From assembly GCF_009914755.1 (NCBI RefSeq), contig NC_060928.1: DNA of 64,000 nt. The stretch is one strand, 5' to 3'. The notes under the pieces were generated by a model. That model saw only the letters and a list, made by a program, of their open reading frames with translations. It did not search any database and was not told the origin of the DNA. Positions 61,297 to 64,000 of this stretch are shown here, piece after piece. The DNA comes from the human T2T-CHM13v2.0 reference genome, Homo sapiens. The position numbers and the translations under genes were made by a program. The first letter of the stretch is position 1. Each line of letters begins with the position of its first letter.

Positions 61297-62418
61297 AATA
61301 TATATATTATATATATTATAAATATATTAATATATTTTATTAATATATATAATATATAATATATAATATAATATATTTTATATAATATATAGAATATATA
61401 GAATATATATATTCTATATAATATATATTATATAATATATAGAATATATAGAATATATATATTCTATATAATATATAGAATATAATATAATGTAATTATA
61501 TTATAATTATATTATAATATATAATTATATTATAATTATATTATAATATATAATTATATTATAATTATATTATTATATAATTATATTATAATTATATTAT
61601 AATATATAATTATATTATAATTATATTATTATATAATTATATTATAATTATATTATAATATATAATTATATTATAATTATATTATTATATAATTATAATA
61701 TAATTATATTATAATATATAATTATATTATAATATAATATATAATTATATTATAATTATATTATAATATAATATATAATTATATTATAATATAATTATAT
61801 AATTATATTACAATTATATTATAATATATTATATAATTATTTATAATATATTATAATTATATAAAATATTATAATATATTATATATAATTATATTATAAT
61901 ATATTATATATAATTATATAATTATATATAATTTATAATAATACATAGTATATTATATAATTATATAATATAATATAATATATAATTATATTATAATTAT
62001 ATAATTATAATATAATTATATATTATATTATATATTATTATATATAATATAATATATAATTATATTATAATATATAATATAATTATATTATAATATAATT
62101 ATAATATATAATATGTTATAATATAATTATAATATATGTTATAATATAATTATAATATATAATATGTTGTAATATAATTATAATATATAATATGTTGTAA
62201 TATAATTATAATATATAATATGTTGTAATATAATTATAATATATAATATGTTGTAATATAATTATAATATATAATATGTTGTAATATAATTATAATATAT
62301 AATATGTTGTAATATAATTATAATATATAATATGTTGTAATATAATTATAATATATAATATGTTGTAATATAATTATAATATATAATATGTTATAATATA
62401 ATTATTATATATATATAT
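61297..62418. repeat. ~1.1-kb AT-rich low-complexity/minisatellite array
   Basis: Nearly all A/T; includes 8 perfect copies of a 28-bp unit (62165-62388). Confidence 0.95.
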
Positions 62419-64000
62419 GGCAGAAAACAAGGTAATTGTATTTTCATACAGGTATTGGATCCCATAAAAATTTTGAAGCTTGGGCAATATCCACCTGGGC
62501 TTCTCAACATGGCCAAACCTCTAAGACATGTGAGCTTACCTGACAACGCACAACTTGGCTGTAGCCATTGATTATCCCACTGATTGCTGGAGAAGCTAAG
62601 CCAAGTTGTTGCTATTCTGCTTCACGTATCCGATCAGTTCAGTCATCCTTAGGCTACAAGGCACTGCATAACGGCAATAAGACCCCTTTAATGCCCTTAT
62701 CTTCCAGAAAAATCGGCTTAGGATCCAATCTATAGAGCTCCATTGGACTTTTATGTTACCATTTTCCACAAATGTCATTAGCTCCCATCTGAAAGTCACC
62801 TAAAGCCACATCTTCCAGGCATTGCTGGAAACTGCCATAAGCTAGGCTCTGCTGATGTCACCACCACGTGGAAGCGAAGTGTGGTCTGTATACTCTTTAG
62901 CGGTTTCTCTTTGCTTTAGATGTGCACCCAATGCTTGAAGCTTACAAAGCTTAGAGAGGCCCGAGTTTTTGGTAGAATATGTTGGTGTTCTACTGTAAAG
63001 GCAAAGTATCAAACTGTTTATTGACTGTGAGATTAGAAATTCTCGGTGGATATTTAGTTAGCTTTGTGTGTTCTCCAGACAGGTTTCCAAGAAACAGCTC
63101 TAGGCAAAGGAGGGCATTATTCTGTTCACATTTTTCATGTAGAATTACATGTTTTGGGGGTCCCAAAAGGCCATATTTTGGAATATATCCAAATCACCGT
63201 GTGCATGTTCCTTTCTTGACCACAATTCCTCCAACACAAATCAAATTTAGAAGCTTCCTATGGTTCCAGATGGTCAGAATCTGAACATATCTAATTACCA
63301 TTTCCCATTGGGATTATTGCCAACTAGGGGCTGAGCTTCTGTCCAAATGACATCTACTTTCTCCTTAGTTACTTCTGATTCTTGCGTCTTGCCTATTGCC
63401 AATTATGAAAATGAAATAAAAATGTTCAATTTGTTTACTGAATTCCTGTCTTCATTTAGTTTATGTAATTCAAAATGAGAAGCAGCAAAAGTTCTTTTAA
63501 TGTAAACCATTCAAAATGGAGGAATCTTTAAATAAAGAGAAAACAGTTGGAGCTTTAAAACATCTATTATTTTTAAATTTCTCCTTTTTTTCTTCTATTT
63601 TGAATCAAAGCTACTGTGGGCACAGATCTTGTATAGTTAATTACTTCCCCCACATTTATTTAGCATGTACTATGTTTATCGAACTTTGTTAGCTATGATG
63701 AGAGATGTAAAAATGGACAAGATTTCATTCTGCCTTCTAGGAATTTAGGGTCTTGTAGAAAAACAGATAGGTTAAAAACGTTCTGTGTCACAAGGAATTA
63801 AACAGTGCTTTTAGGGAAGAGACGAAGATCAGTGGTGGACAAGAGACTCTCTGTAACTTGAATGTGCTTTTCATCTTAGGTAGTTACAAATAATCCAAGT
63901 AAGTTATTTTTGAAACCTGGAAATAAAAGCTCATAACACAAGACAGAATGTCATGTGTTTTCATAGAATTTTAAACAAAACACTCAGGGGAGCAGGGATG

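Overview
Primate (almost certainly human) genomic DNA. Positions ~1-18.4 kb hold the 3' half of the carboxypeptidase E gene (CPE, + strand). Six GT-AG coding exons (2334-2451, 4514-4696, 7530-7669, 13263-13362, 15651-15769, 17604-17702) splice in frame to [11 protein letters not shown]...[11 protein letters not shown], followed by a ~715-nt 3' UTR with three AATAAA signals. The remaining ~45 kb looks intergenic and is dominated by Alu, L1, L2, MIR, MaLR/ERV solo LTRs, microsatellites and a 1.1-kb AT-rich array. Almost all other ORFs in the track are repeat-derived or chance. I see no convincing new protein-coding system. The best leads are RNA-level or regulatory: inverted Alus around stop-free, phase-symmetric exon blocks (candidate circRNAs with an endless ORF), a GTAG duplicated at both ends of one intron, an in-frame cryptic donor, two intronic solo LTRs, a CTCF-like CpG patch and a deeply nested LTR/Alu stack. 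Exon numbers, residue numbers and repeat subfamily names are from memory, not from a database search.
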